Assembly (NCBI GenBank): GCA_904063045.1 | Contig: CAJFCJ010000009.1 | Coordinates: forward strand, 1,984,968 to 2,048,967 | Reading direction: 5' to 3' | DNA from: Dimorphilus gyrociliatus | Lineage: Eukaryota > Animalia > Annelida | Length of the DNA: 64,000 nucleotides | Made by a program: the position numbers and the translations under genes | Shown here: one piece after another, positions 1 through 14,652 of the stretch | How positions within the stretch are numbered: position 1 is the first letter of the stretch | How the letters are laid out: each line of letters opens with the position of its first letter | The notes under the pieces: generated by a model | The model's database searches: none | Told to the model about the DNA's origin: nothing | Seen by the model: the letters and a program-made list of their open reading frames with translations, nothing else

Positions 1-3000
1 TGGGTAAGATGATAGAGGAAAGAGTAGAAAATATAAATGATTTTGAATGGATAAGTCAACTACGTTACTATTGGTCTGATGAAAACCTTTATATAAGGGC
101 TGTAAACGCTGAATTTTTATACGGATACGAATACCTCGGTAATACTGGAAGATTAGTTATCACTCCACTAACTGATCGGTGCTACTTGACATTAACCGGA
201 GCTTTACATTTGAAATTTGGAGGAGCTCCAGCAGGTCCAGCAGGAACGGGTAAAACAGAGACAACAAAAGATTTAGGAAAAGCAATGGCCGTACAATGTG
301 TTGTATTCAATTGCTCTGATCAATTGGATTTTATGGCTATGGGTAAATTCTTCAAAGGTTTGGCTAGGTAATTTAAAAATAATGAATTTCAATATAAATT
401 GATTTTTAAATTGAAAAAACTTTACTACTTTCTAGTGCTGGAGCATGGGCTTGTTTCGATGAATTTAATAGAATTGACATTGAAGTATTATCTGTTGTTG
501 CTATGCAAATTACAACTATTCAAAAGGCACAACAGCAAAGGGTACGATAAATTGAATACTAATTTGCATATTGATAATTTAAACTTTTTAATTAGGTTGA
601 TAGATTTATGTTTGAAGGTGTTGAATTAGCTCTAAAACCATCTTGCGCTGTATTTATTACAATGAATCCAGGCTACGCCGGCCGTACGGAATTGCCTGAC
701 AACTTAAAGGCCCTTTTCCGACCTGTTGCTATGATGGTACCCGATTATGCATTAATTGCGGAGATATCATTATTTTCATTTGGTTTTTCGGATGCTAAAA
801 ATCTGTCCAAGAAAATTGTCACAACTTTTAAATTGTCTTCTGAACAATTGAGCTCACAGGATCATTATGATTTTGGTATGAGAGCTGTAAAGAGTGTTAT
901 ATCCGCTGCAGGTAATTTAAAACGTCAAAATCCGGATATGAATGAAGAATTAATAGCACTAAGAGCAATTAGAGATGTAAATGTACCGAAGTTCCTTATG
1001 GACGATCTGAAACTCTTTAATGGAATTGTTTCTGATTTGTTCCCAAATATTAAGTTAGTTATGCTATTTATATATAAAAGCATTGTTTTGCTAACATTAT
1101 TATTACCTTTAGGGAGGAGCCTATAGATTACGGTTCATTAGAGACGGCCTTGAGAAAATGCTGTACGAAAAATGGTCTAAAAGATGTTGATGGATTTATT
1201 CATAAATGTATACAATTATACGAAACAACAGTTGTAAGACATGGTCTTATGTTGGTTGGTCCAACAGGAAGTGGAAAAACGAAGGTTATTTTTCAAAAAC
1301 TATCGTAAATTAACTTATAAAATATACATTTCGTTTTCAATAGTGCTACGAAACTCTGCAAAAAGCGTCAACATCATTAAAAGGCGAGTTATCGCCGGCT
1401 GGAACAAATTTCGAGACAGTCTTAACTTGCGTACTAAATCCTAAATCTATTACCATGGGCCAATTATACGGTGAATTTGATCTTCTAACTCATGAATGGA
1501 CTGATGGTATTCTATCATCTCTTATTCGTGTTGGAGCCTCCTCAATGGATGAAGATAAGAGATGGTATATGTTTGATGGTCCAGTAGACGCCGTATGGAT
1601 TGAAAATATGAATACTGTTCTAGACGATAACAAAAAACTCTGTTTAAGTTCGGGTGAAATTATTAAATTGACTGAGAACATGACAATGATGTTTGAAGTA
1701 CAAGATTTGGCTGTAGCATCACCAGCCACAGTTTCACGTTGTGGTATGGTCTATCTTGAACCATCAATTCTTGGTTTACAACCATTTGTAGAATGCTGGT
1801 TAAAAAAATTACCTGACCTATTATACTCCTATCGAGATAAATTTCAAAGTTTATTCGATCATTTTCTGGAGCCTTCCATCAATCTGATTAGAAAGAAAAT
1901 GAAGGAGATCGTTCCAAGTGTCGATTCCAATTTAACATATAGCTTGTTAAAAATGTTGGATTGTTTCTTTAAACCATTCCTTCCAAAAGAAGTAAGTAAG
2001 AATTTCTATTATGCTAGGCAAAAAAAGAAACACCTACGAAATATTCTTAGGAAATAGATAATAGAAGAAAAAGTGTCAGTTTTATATAAGAGATGACACT
2101 ACTAAATCCATTTTAATAATAATTAAGAATACTATATTTTCTTTATAATTGATATATTTATCTATTTATATAAATTTATGTATTACCTTCAGTCGCGATC
2201 AGGTTATTCGGTAAGATTTATCAATAAATTCTCTGCTTTTTCCGCGATTGTGTACTTTTTTACTCGACTTTTATTTTTCTACTTTTACTTCCCGCCTTTT
2301 TCAATTTGAAGAAGAAGAAAGTCCTTTTCTTTTCCCCTCCTGTCTTTTTTTCTTTGGGGATAGCTAAAATATTCTATTATTCCTAGTCTTTTTCATATTT
2401 ATATAAATGTATATACTGCATATAAATATATACAGTATTTAATACAAAATTAGACCTATTTCTTTAGTATTACTGTTATTATTATTATTATTATTTTTTC
2501 TCGCTTTTATTCTATTAGAAATTATCTTCTTTTCAAAAAAAAATGGTAAGAAACGAGTAATTTAAGCTTATAAGCATTGATGATTACAAACTAGTCAATA
2601 TAACATATATTCATATTTTTGTCCTATTAATTATTATCAAGATTTATTTATAGATTTCTAATTAAATTCCATTTAATTTATAAATAACATATATGTATAT
2701 ATATATAAATTTATACGTGTTGAAAGACATCCTACTATATCTTCCATCCTAATGAGGTATCCTGATCAAAGCAAAGCAGAAAAACTCTTTGATCATTTAT
2801 CAAAAATAAATTAGAATAGTTACGTGTTTGATTCACTTAACAAATTAATTAATTTGTTTAATTATCAAAATATAATAAACATAGAAAAAAGATGCATGTC
2901 AAAGAAATTTATAAACGCATAAAAACATCATTTAAACAAATAATGACAATTACAAACATATAATTGTATTATTAGCATGACAAACAGTTTCGTAAGCGTC

Positions 3001-3107
3001 TATATGTTTTCATTTTTTAGGGACAGAACCTAAAATATGAAATGATTAATGTTTTTAATTGTATAGCCTATTTTACATTCATGTTTAAATGTATACAGTA
3101 TATCTAA

Positions 3108-3152
<45 letters not shown>

Positions 3153-6100
3153 CTGTATAAACTGTTTATCGTTCATTTACTTATTCAATATTTTATTTTT
3201 TTATTCTTTCTCTTTTCACTTTCAAAATTAATTTATCTTTGTATTTTCGCTATTCTTATAAAAATTTCTGAATTCAGGGTGACAAACCAATACCTATGGA
3301 ACGATTGGCAAGAATAGAAGAACTTATTGAACCTTGGTTTCTATTTTCTCTTGTTTGGTCTGTTGGAGCTACTGTAGATAATGATGGAAGAAAAAAATTT
3401 TCTGAATATATTCGGGAAGAGTCTAAATCATTTGGAGTAAGTTTATAAAGATTACATTTTATACGAGATAACCTATATCGAGTTTCTTTACTTTATAGAT
3501 AAAACTTGAATTTCCATCTGATGGATTAGTATACGATTATAGATTAGATGATGCTGATATATCGCTACCTGCAGCGGAAGAAGAAGAAGAGGAAGAGTTA
3601 AAAAAGAGAAAGGTACGTTTGAAATCAATGTTAGCATATTACATAATTAATCAGTAAAGGTACCGTTAAACGAAAGATCGTCGTCATAGTAACTTTTCTT
3701 TTAAATAAAAACATCTAAATATAAATTACAAAAAGCAAAAACAAATATCATATATAAATTTTTAGAAGCGTCGTATGTTGTTGCAAAATCCTAATCAAGA
3801 GATAAATGAAGAAGATTTAGAAGAACGTCCCAAAAATACTACGGTTTGAAAATAGACAATTATAAAAGAAACCGTCCCATAAAACTATAAAAATATGTTT
3901 AAAATATAAAAATTGAACGATTTTACAACAAAATCAAAACAATTTCTTATATTTTATGTTTTTTTTTCTACCCTTTATTCACTTTTTCTTTATTATTTAT
4001 TATTAAATTTTTGTATTCTTTTTTTTTTAAAAAAAAAAGAAATAAGAAAAAAATGTTTTTTTTCTTCTTAATTTTGGTTTTTACATCCAAAATTTTAGAA
4101 AAGTTAAAAATAGAATATACATATATATCTATATCTATATATAAATGGCTGAAAAATATATTAATTTTCTAACTCTTCTTTCTCATAGGCCTAACAATTT
4201 ATAAAAAAATATGAACAAGATTTTGAGAGATGTTATTCCAATCGAAATCTTATTTTTTGATGAATTTTCTCTGCATTTACTTTCAAGATTAAGAAATAAG
4301 AGAGTTTTATTAATTAAAGCGTTTTTTATAAATAGGTTCAATGGATCGGCTGGATGGAAAATATACCCGAATATGTTATAACTACAGATATGAAATTTTC
4401 CGATATCATTGTGCCTACATTAGATACTGTACGATCTGCTTTCCTACTCGAAATGCTCTTAACCAACAATAAAACGGTTGCTTGCGTTGGACCAACAGGA
4501 ACGGGAAAATCTCTAGCAATTGCTAACAAGCTGGCCAGATCAATGCCTAAAGAATATATACCAGAATTTATTACATTTTCGGCTAAGACGAGTGCAAATC
4601 AAACCCAAGATTTAATTGATGGTAAATTAGATAAGAGAAGAAAAGGAGTATTTGGCCCACCATTAGGAAAATACTTCCTTTTCTTTGTTGACGATCTGAA
4701 TATGCCAGCGCTGGAAGTTTACGGTGCACAGCCTCCTATTGAACTTATCCGCCAATGGATGGACTTTGGTGGTTGGTATGATAGAAAGGCTATTGGAGAA
4801 TTTAGAAATTTGGTAGACGTCAATTTTATTGGAGCTATGGGACCACCTGGGGGAGGAAGAAATCCCATTACGCCTCGTCTCTTAAGACATTTTAATTATT
4901 TGTCTTTTACCGAATTAGAAGAGGAAAGCATGATGACCATTTTCGGTAGAATTCTCAATTTTTGGATAAGCAACAATGCTGGTTTATCTCATTTAAATGA
5001 AAACATGGTCAAAACGTGCATTAGTGTTTATAGTACTATTACAACCCAATTACTACCGACTCCGGCTAAATCCCATTATACTTTCAATTTGAGAGATTTA
5101 TCAAAAGTTTTTCAAGGTATGCTTATGGCTGATCCTTCAAAAATTGCTAACGAGCAAGAATTACTAAGATTATGGTACCATGAGAGTGCCAGAGTATTTT
5201 CTGATAGGTTGGTTAACGATGACGATAGAAAATGGTTTAAGGAACTTTTGGAGAGTAAGATAAAAAACGATTACAATATTGAACCTTCTGAGGTGATTAC
5301 TAGCGAACCTCTAATGTACGGCGACTTTCTCAATCCAACCGATAAACAATACACCGAAATGGCCGATCATGAAAAGCTTACTGCAAGTGTGGAGGAAGGC
5401 TTAGAAGACTATAACCAAATTAATACTGCAAGAATGAATTTAGTTCTCTTTATGGATGCTATAAAACATCTAAGTAGAATAGCGCGTATCATAAGGCAGC
5501 CTCAAGGCAATGCTCTCCTTCTCGGTGTGGGCGGTTCGGGAAGGCAGTCTTTAACTCGATTAGCCGCTCATATGTAAGTTTTAACCTTATAAGTTGCACA
5601 GGGGAGGGAAAATTTACATGTAATTACTAAACTTTTGTAAACAGAGCGGAATACGATCTCTTCCAAATCGAATTATCAAAAAATTACGGTGTAAATGAGT
5701 GGAGAGAAGATTTGAAAAAGGCTATGATGAAAGCTGGATTGGAAAATAATCCTATGGTTTTCCTCTTTAGCGATACTCAAATTAAAAATGAGTCTTTTCT
5801 AGAAGATATAAATAATATCTTAAATAGTGGTGATGTACCAAATCTGTACGGTTTGGACGAATTAGATTCCATCTATAACACTATGAAGCCAATTGTCCAA
5901 GATGAGGGTTTACAAGCAACTAAAACCAACCTTTTCAGCGCTTTCACAAAAAGAATTAGATCTAATTTGCATACAGTAATCACAATGAGCCCCATTGGAG
6001 AAGTGTTTAGGGCTAGACTGAGACAGTTTCCTGCTCTTGTCAATTGTTGCACTATCGATTGGTTTTCGGAGTGGCCTGCCGATGCCCTCAGATCGGTAGC

Positions 6101-9100
6101 CCTAAGATTCCTACAAGACGCTCCAGATGTAGATGCGAGTGGAGATATACTCGAAGGTCTTGTTAATATGTGCCAAGAAATTCATATATCCGTTACGAAA
6201 AACTCAGTATTATATTTATCCGAACTCTCTCGTCACAATTACGTTACTCCTACATCATATTTGGAATTAATTAACACTTTCGTCAAGTTAACAAAACTAA
6301 AAAAGACTGAATTAATGAATGCAAGGGATAGAACGAAAACTGGATTGGACAAACTACTTTCAACTGCAGAAGATGTTGCCAAGTTACAAGAAGAACTTAA
6401 ACATATGAAACCTCTTTTAGAGGAGGCCGTTCAAGAATCTAAAGCAACTATGGAGCAAATTGCGAAAGATACAATTGTAGCTGAGGAAACTAGAACTGTA
6501 GTTCAGAAGGAAGAAACGGAGGCTAGAAATAAAGAAAAAGAAACTCAAGCTATAGCTACAGATGCTCAGCGAGATTTGGATGAAGCATTACCGGCTCTAG
6601 ATGCTGCTTTGCTATCCCTAAAATCTCTTAATAGGAACGATGTTGTTGAAGTAAGAGCTATGCAACGTCCTCCAGAAGGTGTTCAAATGGTTATTCAAGC
6701 AGTTTGTATCATGAAAGGGGTTAGGCCGAAAAAAGTTGCGGGAGATAAACCCGGAAGTAAAATTGATGATTACTGGGAACCCGGAAAAGGCTTATTGACA
6801 GATCCTCAAAAGTTTTTAGAGTCATTGTTCACTTTTGATAAAGATAATATACCAGACGACAGAATTCAAAAAATTCAACCATACATCGATTCCGAGTCAT
6901 TTACACCGGCCAATATAGCCAAAGTATCGAAAGCTTGCACAAGTATTTGCCAATGGGTACGAGCTATGCATAAATATCATTTTGTAGCCAGAGGTGTTGC
7001 TCCAAAACGTGAAGCTCTAAAAATTGCTGAAGCCGACTTGGAAAAGACACAAAAAATCTTAGCCGATGCCAAAGCACGATTGATGGAGGTGGAAAATGGT
7101 GTTGCAACACTAAAGGCAAAATATGATGACTCTGTTAAAAAGAAAGCTGAGCTAGAAAATAAATGCGAAGAATGTGAAGCGAAGTTAGGACGGGCTCACA
7201 AATTGATTGGAGGATTAGCTGACGAAAAGATAAGATGGCAAGAATCAGTAGAAGAATTGAATGCAACTTTAGCAAATATTATAGGCGATATTTTAATTTC
7301 TGCTGGATACGTTTCCTATTTAGGATCTTTTAATGGAGCGTACAGACATAAAATGTTAGAGGAATGGGTAGAAAAACTAGGTGAACATAGCGTCCCATTT
7401 AATTCTGATCCAAATTTAATTAAAGTAATGAGTGATCCAGTTAAAATTAGAACTTGGCAGATTGCTGGACTACCTAAGGACAATCTTTCTGTTGAAAATG
7501 GTGTAATTGTTCAATTTTCTTCTAGATGGCCTCTATTTATTGATCCTCAGGGTCAGGCAAATAAATGGGTTAAAAATTTGGAGAAAGAGAATGGTATTGA
7601 TGTAATTAAATTAAGTGATAAAGACTTCTTGAGAAGTTTGGAAAATGCTGTTAGATTTGGAAAGCCTTGCCTTCTAGAAAATGTAGCCGAAGAATTGGAT
7701 CCGGCACTTGAACCAATCCTCTTGAAGCAAGTTTTCAAACAGCAAGGAAGTTTAGTTATCAAGCTGGGAGATGCTGTTATTCCCTATCACGAAGATTTCA
7801 AATTTTATATCACTACAAAATTACCAAATCCGCACTATACACCTGAAACGTCAACAAAAGTGACACTTGTTAATTTTACTCTATCACCAAGCGGTTTGGA
7901 GGATCAACTGCTGGGTATTGTCGTTGCTGAAGAGAGACCCGATTTGGAAGAAGCTAAAAATCAACTGATAGTCTCGACCGCAAAAATGAAATCGGAATTG
8001 AAAGAGATTGAAGATAAGATACTTCACAGACTATCGGCATCTGAAGGAAGTCCAGTTGATGATATTGATTTAATTCAAACTTTAGAAGCTTCAAAATTTA
8101 AATCGGAAGAGATTAAACAAAAGGTCGTCATTGCCGAACAAACAGAAAAGGATATCGATGAGACAAGAAGTCAATATATTCCGGTAGCGGTTAATACACA
8201 AATCCTCTTCTTCTGCGTAGCAGACTTAGCTAATATAGATCCTATGTATCAGTATTCACTCGAGTGGTTCATTGGCATATTTTTAGGAGGAATTAGTAAT
8301 GCTGAACGGGCAGACAAGCTAGCTCAGAGAATTGAAAATATAAATGAGTATTTCACATTCTCCTTATACTCCAACGTTTGCAGGAGTTTATTCGAAAAAC
8401 ATAAATTATTATTTGCATTCTTATTGTGTGTGCGAATTCTTATGTACAAAGGCAAGATTAATATGGATGAGTGGAGATATCTATTAGCTGGCGGTACCCA
8501 CAAGGTAAAAGATATGAATAACCCAGCTCCTGAATGGCTTTCTGAACGTTCTTGGGGTGAAATACTTACTCTATCATACTTATCATCTTTTGCTTCTTTT
8601 GCGGATGACTTTCCTAATCTTCTACAAGGATTTAAAAAGATATTCGATTCTATTGAACCTCATAAAGAAGAGTTACCAGGTAAATGGGCTGAAGAATTGG
8701 ACGATTTCCAAAAATTACTTGTACTCCGTTGCCTTCGAGCTGATAAAGTGACAAATGCTATGCAAGACTACGTTTCTAATCATCTAGGTCAAAGATTTAT
8801 AGAACCCCAAACAGCAGATTTAAATCTCGTCTTCAAAGATTCATCACCAACAACGCCACTCATATTCGTGCTAAGTGTGGGTACTGATCCGGCTGCAGAT
8901 TTATACAAATTTGCAGAAGAGATGAGATTCTCGAAGAAACTAAGCGCTATATCACTTGGTCAGGGTCAGGGACCTAGAGCCGAAGCTATGATGAAATCAG
9001 CTATGGAAAGAGGCAAGTGGGTATTTTTCCAGAATTGCCATTTAGCTCCAAGTTGGATGCCCAGCTTAGAGAGGCTAGTTGAACAAATTGACCCGGATAA

Positions 9101-10643
9101 AGTACACAGAGATTTCAGGCTTTGGTTGACATCTATGCCAAGCCCTAAATTTCCTGTTTACATTCTACAGAATGGTTCGAAAATGACTGTAGAACCACCC
9201 AGAGGAATAAAGGCAAATCTATTACGATCCTACACATCTTTTACCGATGATTTCCTTATGTCGTGTGGTCTTAGGGCGTTTGAGTTTAAGTATCTGCTAT
9301 TATCACTTTGCCTTTTCCACGGTGTTGTTCTTGAAAGAAGGAAATTTGGACCTTTAGGATTTAATATACCTTATGAATTTACAAATGGAGATTTACGAAT
9401 ATGTATATCTCAGCTAAAAATGTTCTTGGAAGAGTATGAAGATATTCCCTACAAAGTTCTGAAATATACCGCAGGCCATATTAACTATGGCGGAAGAGTA
9501 ACTGACGACTGGGACAGACGTTGTCTTATGAATGTGCTTAATGACTTTTACAGATCGACTGTTCTAGATGCTCAGCATAAATATAGCTCATCAGGAATAT
9601 ACAAGCAAATTGATCCAGATAATGATTTAAAAGGTTATATCGCCTTCATTAAGAGTTTACCAATTAATGATACACCAGAAATATTCGGTTTACACGACAA
9701 TGCCAACATCACCTTTGCTCAGAATGAAACCTTCCTTTGCTTAGACGCTCTTCTAAAATTACAACCGAGATCGTCATCTGGTGGAGGAGCATCAAGAGAA
9801 GAAATTATGGAGAAAACAGCAAAAGATATACTGAACTCTGTACCAAATCCAATCCCTATCGGACCCGTAATGGAGAAATATCCAGTTCTATACGAACAGA
9901 GTATGAATACAGTTCTTAGTCAGGAAGTTATACGATACAATAGATTATTAAACACCATTCACAAGAGTCTTAATGATCTTCTGAAGGCCCTAAAGGGTCT
10001 TGTTGTTATGTCTCAAGAATTGGAAAATATGGCAAACTCCCTATTTATTAACCAAGTACCATCTCTTTGGTCGGGAAAAGCATATCCATCACTAAAACCA
10101 TTGGCATCATGGGTAATCGATCTAGAACACAGAGTAGAGTTTATTCAAGATTGGATTAAGGGTGGAATTCCATCTGTCTTCTGGATTTCAGGTTTCTTCT
10201 TTCCTCAAGCCTTCTTGACGGGAACTTTGCAGAATTTCGCGAGAAAGAAAGTTATTTCTATTGATACGATTAATTTCAGTTTCGAAGTAATGAGAGAATC
10301 GGCAAACGAACTAAAGGAGCATCCAGAAGACGGTTGCTATATAAGAGGACTTTTTCTAGAGGGTTGCCGCTGGGATCCTGCTAGGCATCAATTAACAGAA
10401 TCAAGGCCAAAAGAACTATATACAGATGTGCCATGTATATGGCTTATACCAATGGCTAATAGAAAACCTCCAAGTGACGGTATTTACGATTGTCCAGTTT
10501 ATAAAACCTTAACAAGAGCAGGAACTCTATCAACGACTGGACATTCCACAAACTTTGTTTTTGCAGTCGAATTACCCACAGATAAAGAACAAAAATATTG
10601 GATTCAAAGAGGCGTCGCTATGCTTTGCGCACTAAACTATTGA
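1..10643 (+). CDS. DNAH1: Axonemal inner-arm dynein heavy chain 1, 5' end outside the window. Exons: <1-367, 436-541, 596-1053, 1113-1284, 1344-1991, 3278-3436, 3499-3612, (3766-3843 candidate), 4336-5573, 5645-10643
   Basis: Four P-loops ([33 protein letters not shown]) plus [23 protein letters not shown] and [17 protein letters not shown] junctions keep the frame. Segments [41 protein letters not shown] and the C-terminus [14 protein letters not shown]...[14 protein letters not shown] match the DNAH1 subfamily as I recall it. Confidence 0.93.
3116..3143. repeat. (TA)n microsatellite in a DNAH1 intron
   Basis: Seen directly in the sequence. Confidence 0.95.
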
Positions 10644-11813
10644 TCCGATTATTTAACAAAGACGCTGCTAGAAATCTTGTACGATATAAACATTTATTTA
10701 ATAGACAACGTTTTAAGCTATTCTTATATTTTATATATATTTTGTTTTTATAATTATTCTACACATTCAAAATGGAATAAAATAACATTCTTAAGGCAAT
10801 AACAACAAAAACATGTAATATTCCTCTCATAGGTAGATGGCGTTGTAGTTGATTTATTAGCTGGGCTATCTTTGCTATATAAATAGTAAAAGAAACTTAC
10901 TTATTTGGAAGACAAATAGTTCGGTTTACTCCGTGAGAAATATTAATTGAAAAGAGTAGTAATAACAATAGTAATAATCGAACGTCAACATAGAGTAAAG
11001 AGAGAAAGAGAGCGAGAGAGCAAGAAGGAAGATTTAAATTCTCAGTTATAAAAGAGAAAGCCCAGGAAAATTTTATCACCAAATATGTCATTTAAATTTA
11101 TTGTATTTACTGTTCTAGTAATGAGAACAAGATGATATTTCAGTGAATAACCCTTTAGTTTATCATTAAACCTAAATGAACTTTGAGGAGAGATGGCCCT
11201 TTTTTGTTTTTTATAGAATATAATACAACACTATATAGTATAGTTTTGTTTTTTTGGATTTATTGACTTGTTTATTAGTAATAAAAGAATAAATTGATTG
11301 TATAATAGACTGAAGAGTGACAAATTATTGACTAATTTTCATATTAAAATATACAGGAAGAGAATATGCTCTTAAATTATACTGGATGTGTAAATAGGGG
11401 AGGGAAGGGAGGATGATTTTAACCAAGGACGTCAAAGGGGCGGTATGTAATGTGTTTAATCAAACAAAATAATTGCAGGGACAGAATTTTTTTTCTTTTC
11501 GAAGCCTGAAATTTATAAATATCTTCTTTATATATATAATCTATCTTTCAACAAAGAAACTGCTATTTAACTATATCTACTAATCGTTTCAATCTTTTGC
11601 TGTAATAACTCATTGCTAAAGAAATGAAATTTCTATAGAATATCATTGCTGTCGACTTTGACAGCGCTGATAGGATACTATGTAAGATGTAGGTGGCGTT
11701 TTAGATATTTCTGTGGACGGTAGCATTCGAAACTAGATCCGACAGTAGGCCTTTCTAATAAAGATATCTTATTTTTTCAAATTTCCTTTTATGTTTTATT
11801 TCAATACTTAAAG

Positions 11814-13014
11814 ATGAAAACAATGTTACCTACCCAAGAAGGAAACCATCATAAAAAATTGAACAAGATTGGAATAGGATGGGTCTTCCTCTCTGTAATT
11901 TGTGCGTTTAGCTGCTCAGTAGGATTCTATGCTCCATACTGGCTAAATGGAAAATTTATAAATGGTACGGAATCTCATCTTGGAATATTCCGGCGATGTA
12001 ACTATTTAAAATTAAATAAAGGAGAACTGGAAACAGTTAAAGATTGCGGTATGTACAAGACATTCTCGGACATCCCAAGTACTTGGTGGAAGGTTAGCAC
12101 ATTGACTGTTGGTTGTTCAACATTTCTCACGGCAACAGTAGCTTTTGTTGGATTGTTCGCTTCTTGTATACGAGACGCCCTCTCGCGAACTATTATTAAA
12201 TTATCTGGACTCTTCCAGGCGTTTTCCGGTGAGTGTTACTAGGCCTATGAGACCGTTTATAAGCACACCCTATCTCGTGCGTATTAATCCTCTTTTTATC
12301 GTTTGCTTTCTAATGAAAAACAGCAAAGACATAAAAGCAAAGAAAGCTTCTTTTCTTAACCGGAATTGACTGTACCGGAAAAGGAATATTTTTCTCACCA
12401 TTTTTGCTATAATAGGTTTTTTTGGTTGAAGAATCATATATAGTATTTAAAGTAACAAAAAAAAATCAGGAATAGAAAGTTCTCTTGCCAAGCTCTTTCA
12501 TGTTATTCATTTTCTACCTTTTAAAGCGGACAATATAGCGACAAGAAGCGAAATTTAATCGCTCCCCTATTCTCTAAGGATTCCTTCGTGGATAGCCTAT
12601 TTGTTTATGCATGTAAACAAAATATAAAATCTACACCCTTATTCCAGGGATAAATACCAGCATCTAAACGGTAGAAATGAAATATATTTGACAGAAAACA
12701 TTTTAATCTTCCAGAAATGTCGGACTAATTGAAAAGAAACTTGCATACTGCTTATCCAAGAGTAGAATATATAAAGAAATAGCCAGGGAGAGGGAAATCA
12801 CGTCTAGAATATAAACGCTTATTACCCTTCGCGGTTTGTCAGATACGTCACGCCTCTTCTCTTGATAGGCTCAAATAAGCCCGTTTAAGCACGTATTTTT
12901 ATTTTTGTTTAATTCAGCTTTTAATCTGGAGATAATAATCTAAATTATTCGTAATTTACGATTTCCTTTTATCGAATTAAATTCTAGCTTGGACATTGAT
13001 TAATACATACTCCA

Positions 13015-13050
<36 letters not shown>

Positions 13051-14116
13051 AATAGTCAAAGGGCGGGATGAAGAGAGAAAAACGAAAAGATTTTCGAGTT
13101 TATTATAAAATGAAGAAAAAAAAGACGAAAAAAATAATCCTATTGTCACGTGATTATCAGTCTTTTCCAGCCTAATTCCTTTTAAGAATGGAAAGGGAGG
13201 AGGGGTATTTTTCGAGATAGGGAATAGGTGGTAAATGCTGACCCGTCGAGGATTAATCTTTTCGCGATTAGTTTTATTTACGCTCCAATTATTATAAATG
13301 GATCCTCAGCTAAACCCGCTATTTATAGGGAGAATACAAAATACTGTTGCTCTTGGTAACTAAATTGCATTTTACGACTAAAAGAAGAAATTTTTCTTTT
13401 GCATATATATTTATAAGTCTTGACAAACATAGTTTGTAGGAACACACGATAAAATCTGTATTTTTAATTTAAAAATACTTGTTTCCTATATTAAAAAAGG
13501 ATTAGGCAAGTAGAGAATTCAAACGAGAAGAATTTAAATTGATTCTTCCCTCCAGCAAGAAATTAACTTCTCCTTTAGCCTTTAGAAACTAGCTTTCGAA
13601 TAATTCCCATAATTCGGCTGTATTTTTCTTGCTTTCCTGCTCCTATTATTTCTTTTATTTTTTTATTTTCGTGTATTAATTATATCTATTTATTATTTAT
13701 TATATGTTATTGTTAATCTGTCATTGCAGGAGTATTAATGGCTGCAACTTGCATTCTTTTCTATCCTTTGGGTTGGGCAAACTCCGAATCGAAACAAGTA
13801 TGTGGAGATGAAGCGCGCAATTATAAATTAGGTTAATTAAAGCACATTTTCTACTCTCTTAACCCTCATTCTTTTTATTTATGCTCGTCCCATTTTATCC
13901 ATTTCCCTTACTTTTAGCGTTAATAATGTGATAATATTGCAAACAGGGCATTGCAGTTTGGGTTGGACGTACTTTCTCGCTTCGGGCACAGCAATTTTAG
14001 AGCTTGTTTGCTTTATTCTAACACGTTACAGCATCAGACCGAGATATGATAATCCAATGAAATACGCCTCTGTTAAAGCCTCTTGCTCTCAAACAACGGA
14101 AATACAACAGCTGTAA
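11814..14116 (+). CDS. LHFPL6: LHFPL tetraspan subfamily protein, LHFPL6/LHFP-like. Exons 11814-12228, 13730-13831, 13947-14116
   Basis: Spliced product contains PYWLNG, LGIFRRCNY, FSDIPSTWWK, FYPLGWANSESKQVCG and LGHCSLGWTY, with four hydrophobic segments. Phase-1 junctions are consistent. Confidence 0.8.
13021..13048. repeat. (GA)n microsatellite in LHFPL intron 1
   Basis: Seen directly in the sequence. Confidence 0.95.
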
Positions 14117-14652
14117 AGGAATGAAAATATTAAGTAAAAACCCTCTTTGTATCTCGAAAATAAACTAGAGATGACGCTATTGGTCAGACGAAAAGTTTAG
14201 ATCGATTTATTAATGAAGAAAGAGAAGAATTAAAAGATTTATCAACGCTTCTTCAAATGCAAATTGATGTTAAAAACCTTTATTATTGAGAATCTATGCC
14301 TTTTATATGAGAAAATTAGTAAACTAATGTTGAAACCATATAAATTTGAAATATTGAATTGTAAATATAAGATAATGTTGTTTTTTTCAGTAATTCCTGC
14401 TTTTTACCTAGTAAAAGAACGTTATTAAAAAAAGACTTTTATATATTATATGTCATTGACCTTTTATATTTAAATAAACGGTTAAAGTATTGCTAAGTCT
14501 TTACTTAAGACGTTAGAATGTCCAGATGGCGGCTCTTAATTATCATAAAAATATAGCAGTAGGCATTAACATAATTATGAATATTAATAAGAAATAGGAA
14601 AACTTTGCCTATAGTCTTGGACTATCTTACGAATTGTATTTGAGCTGGAAGG

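Noticed and set aside
399-9919. Short alternative-frame and antisense ORFs overlapping DNAH1 (399-629, 1490-1729, 4338-4529, 7553-7762, 8557-8751, 9737-9919), and similar ones in other genes
   Set aside because: They are shadows of the real coding frame or read through introns, with no recognisable motifs.
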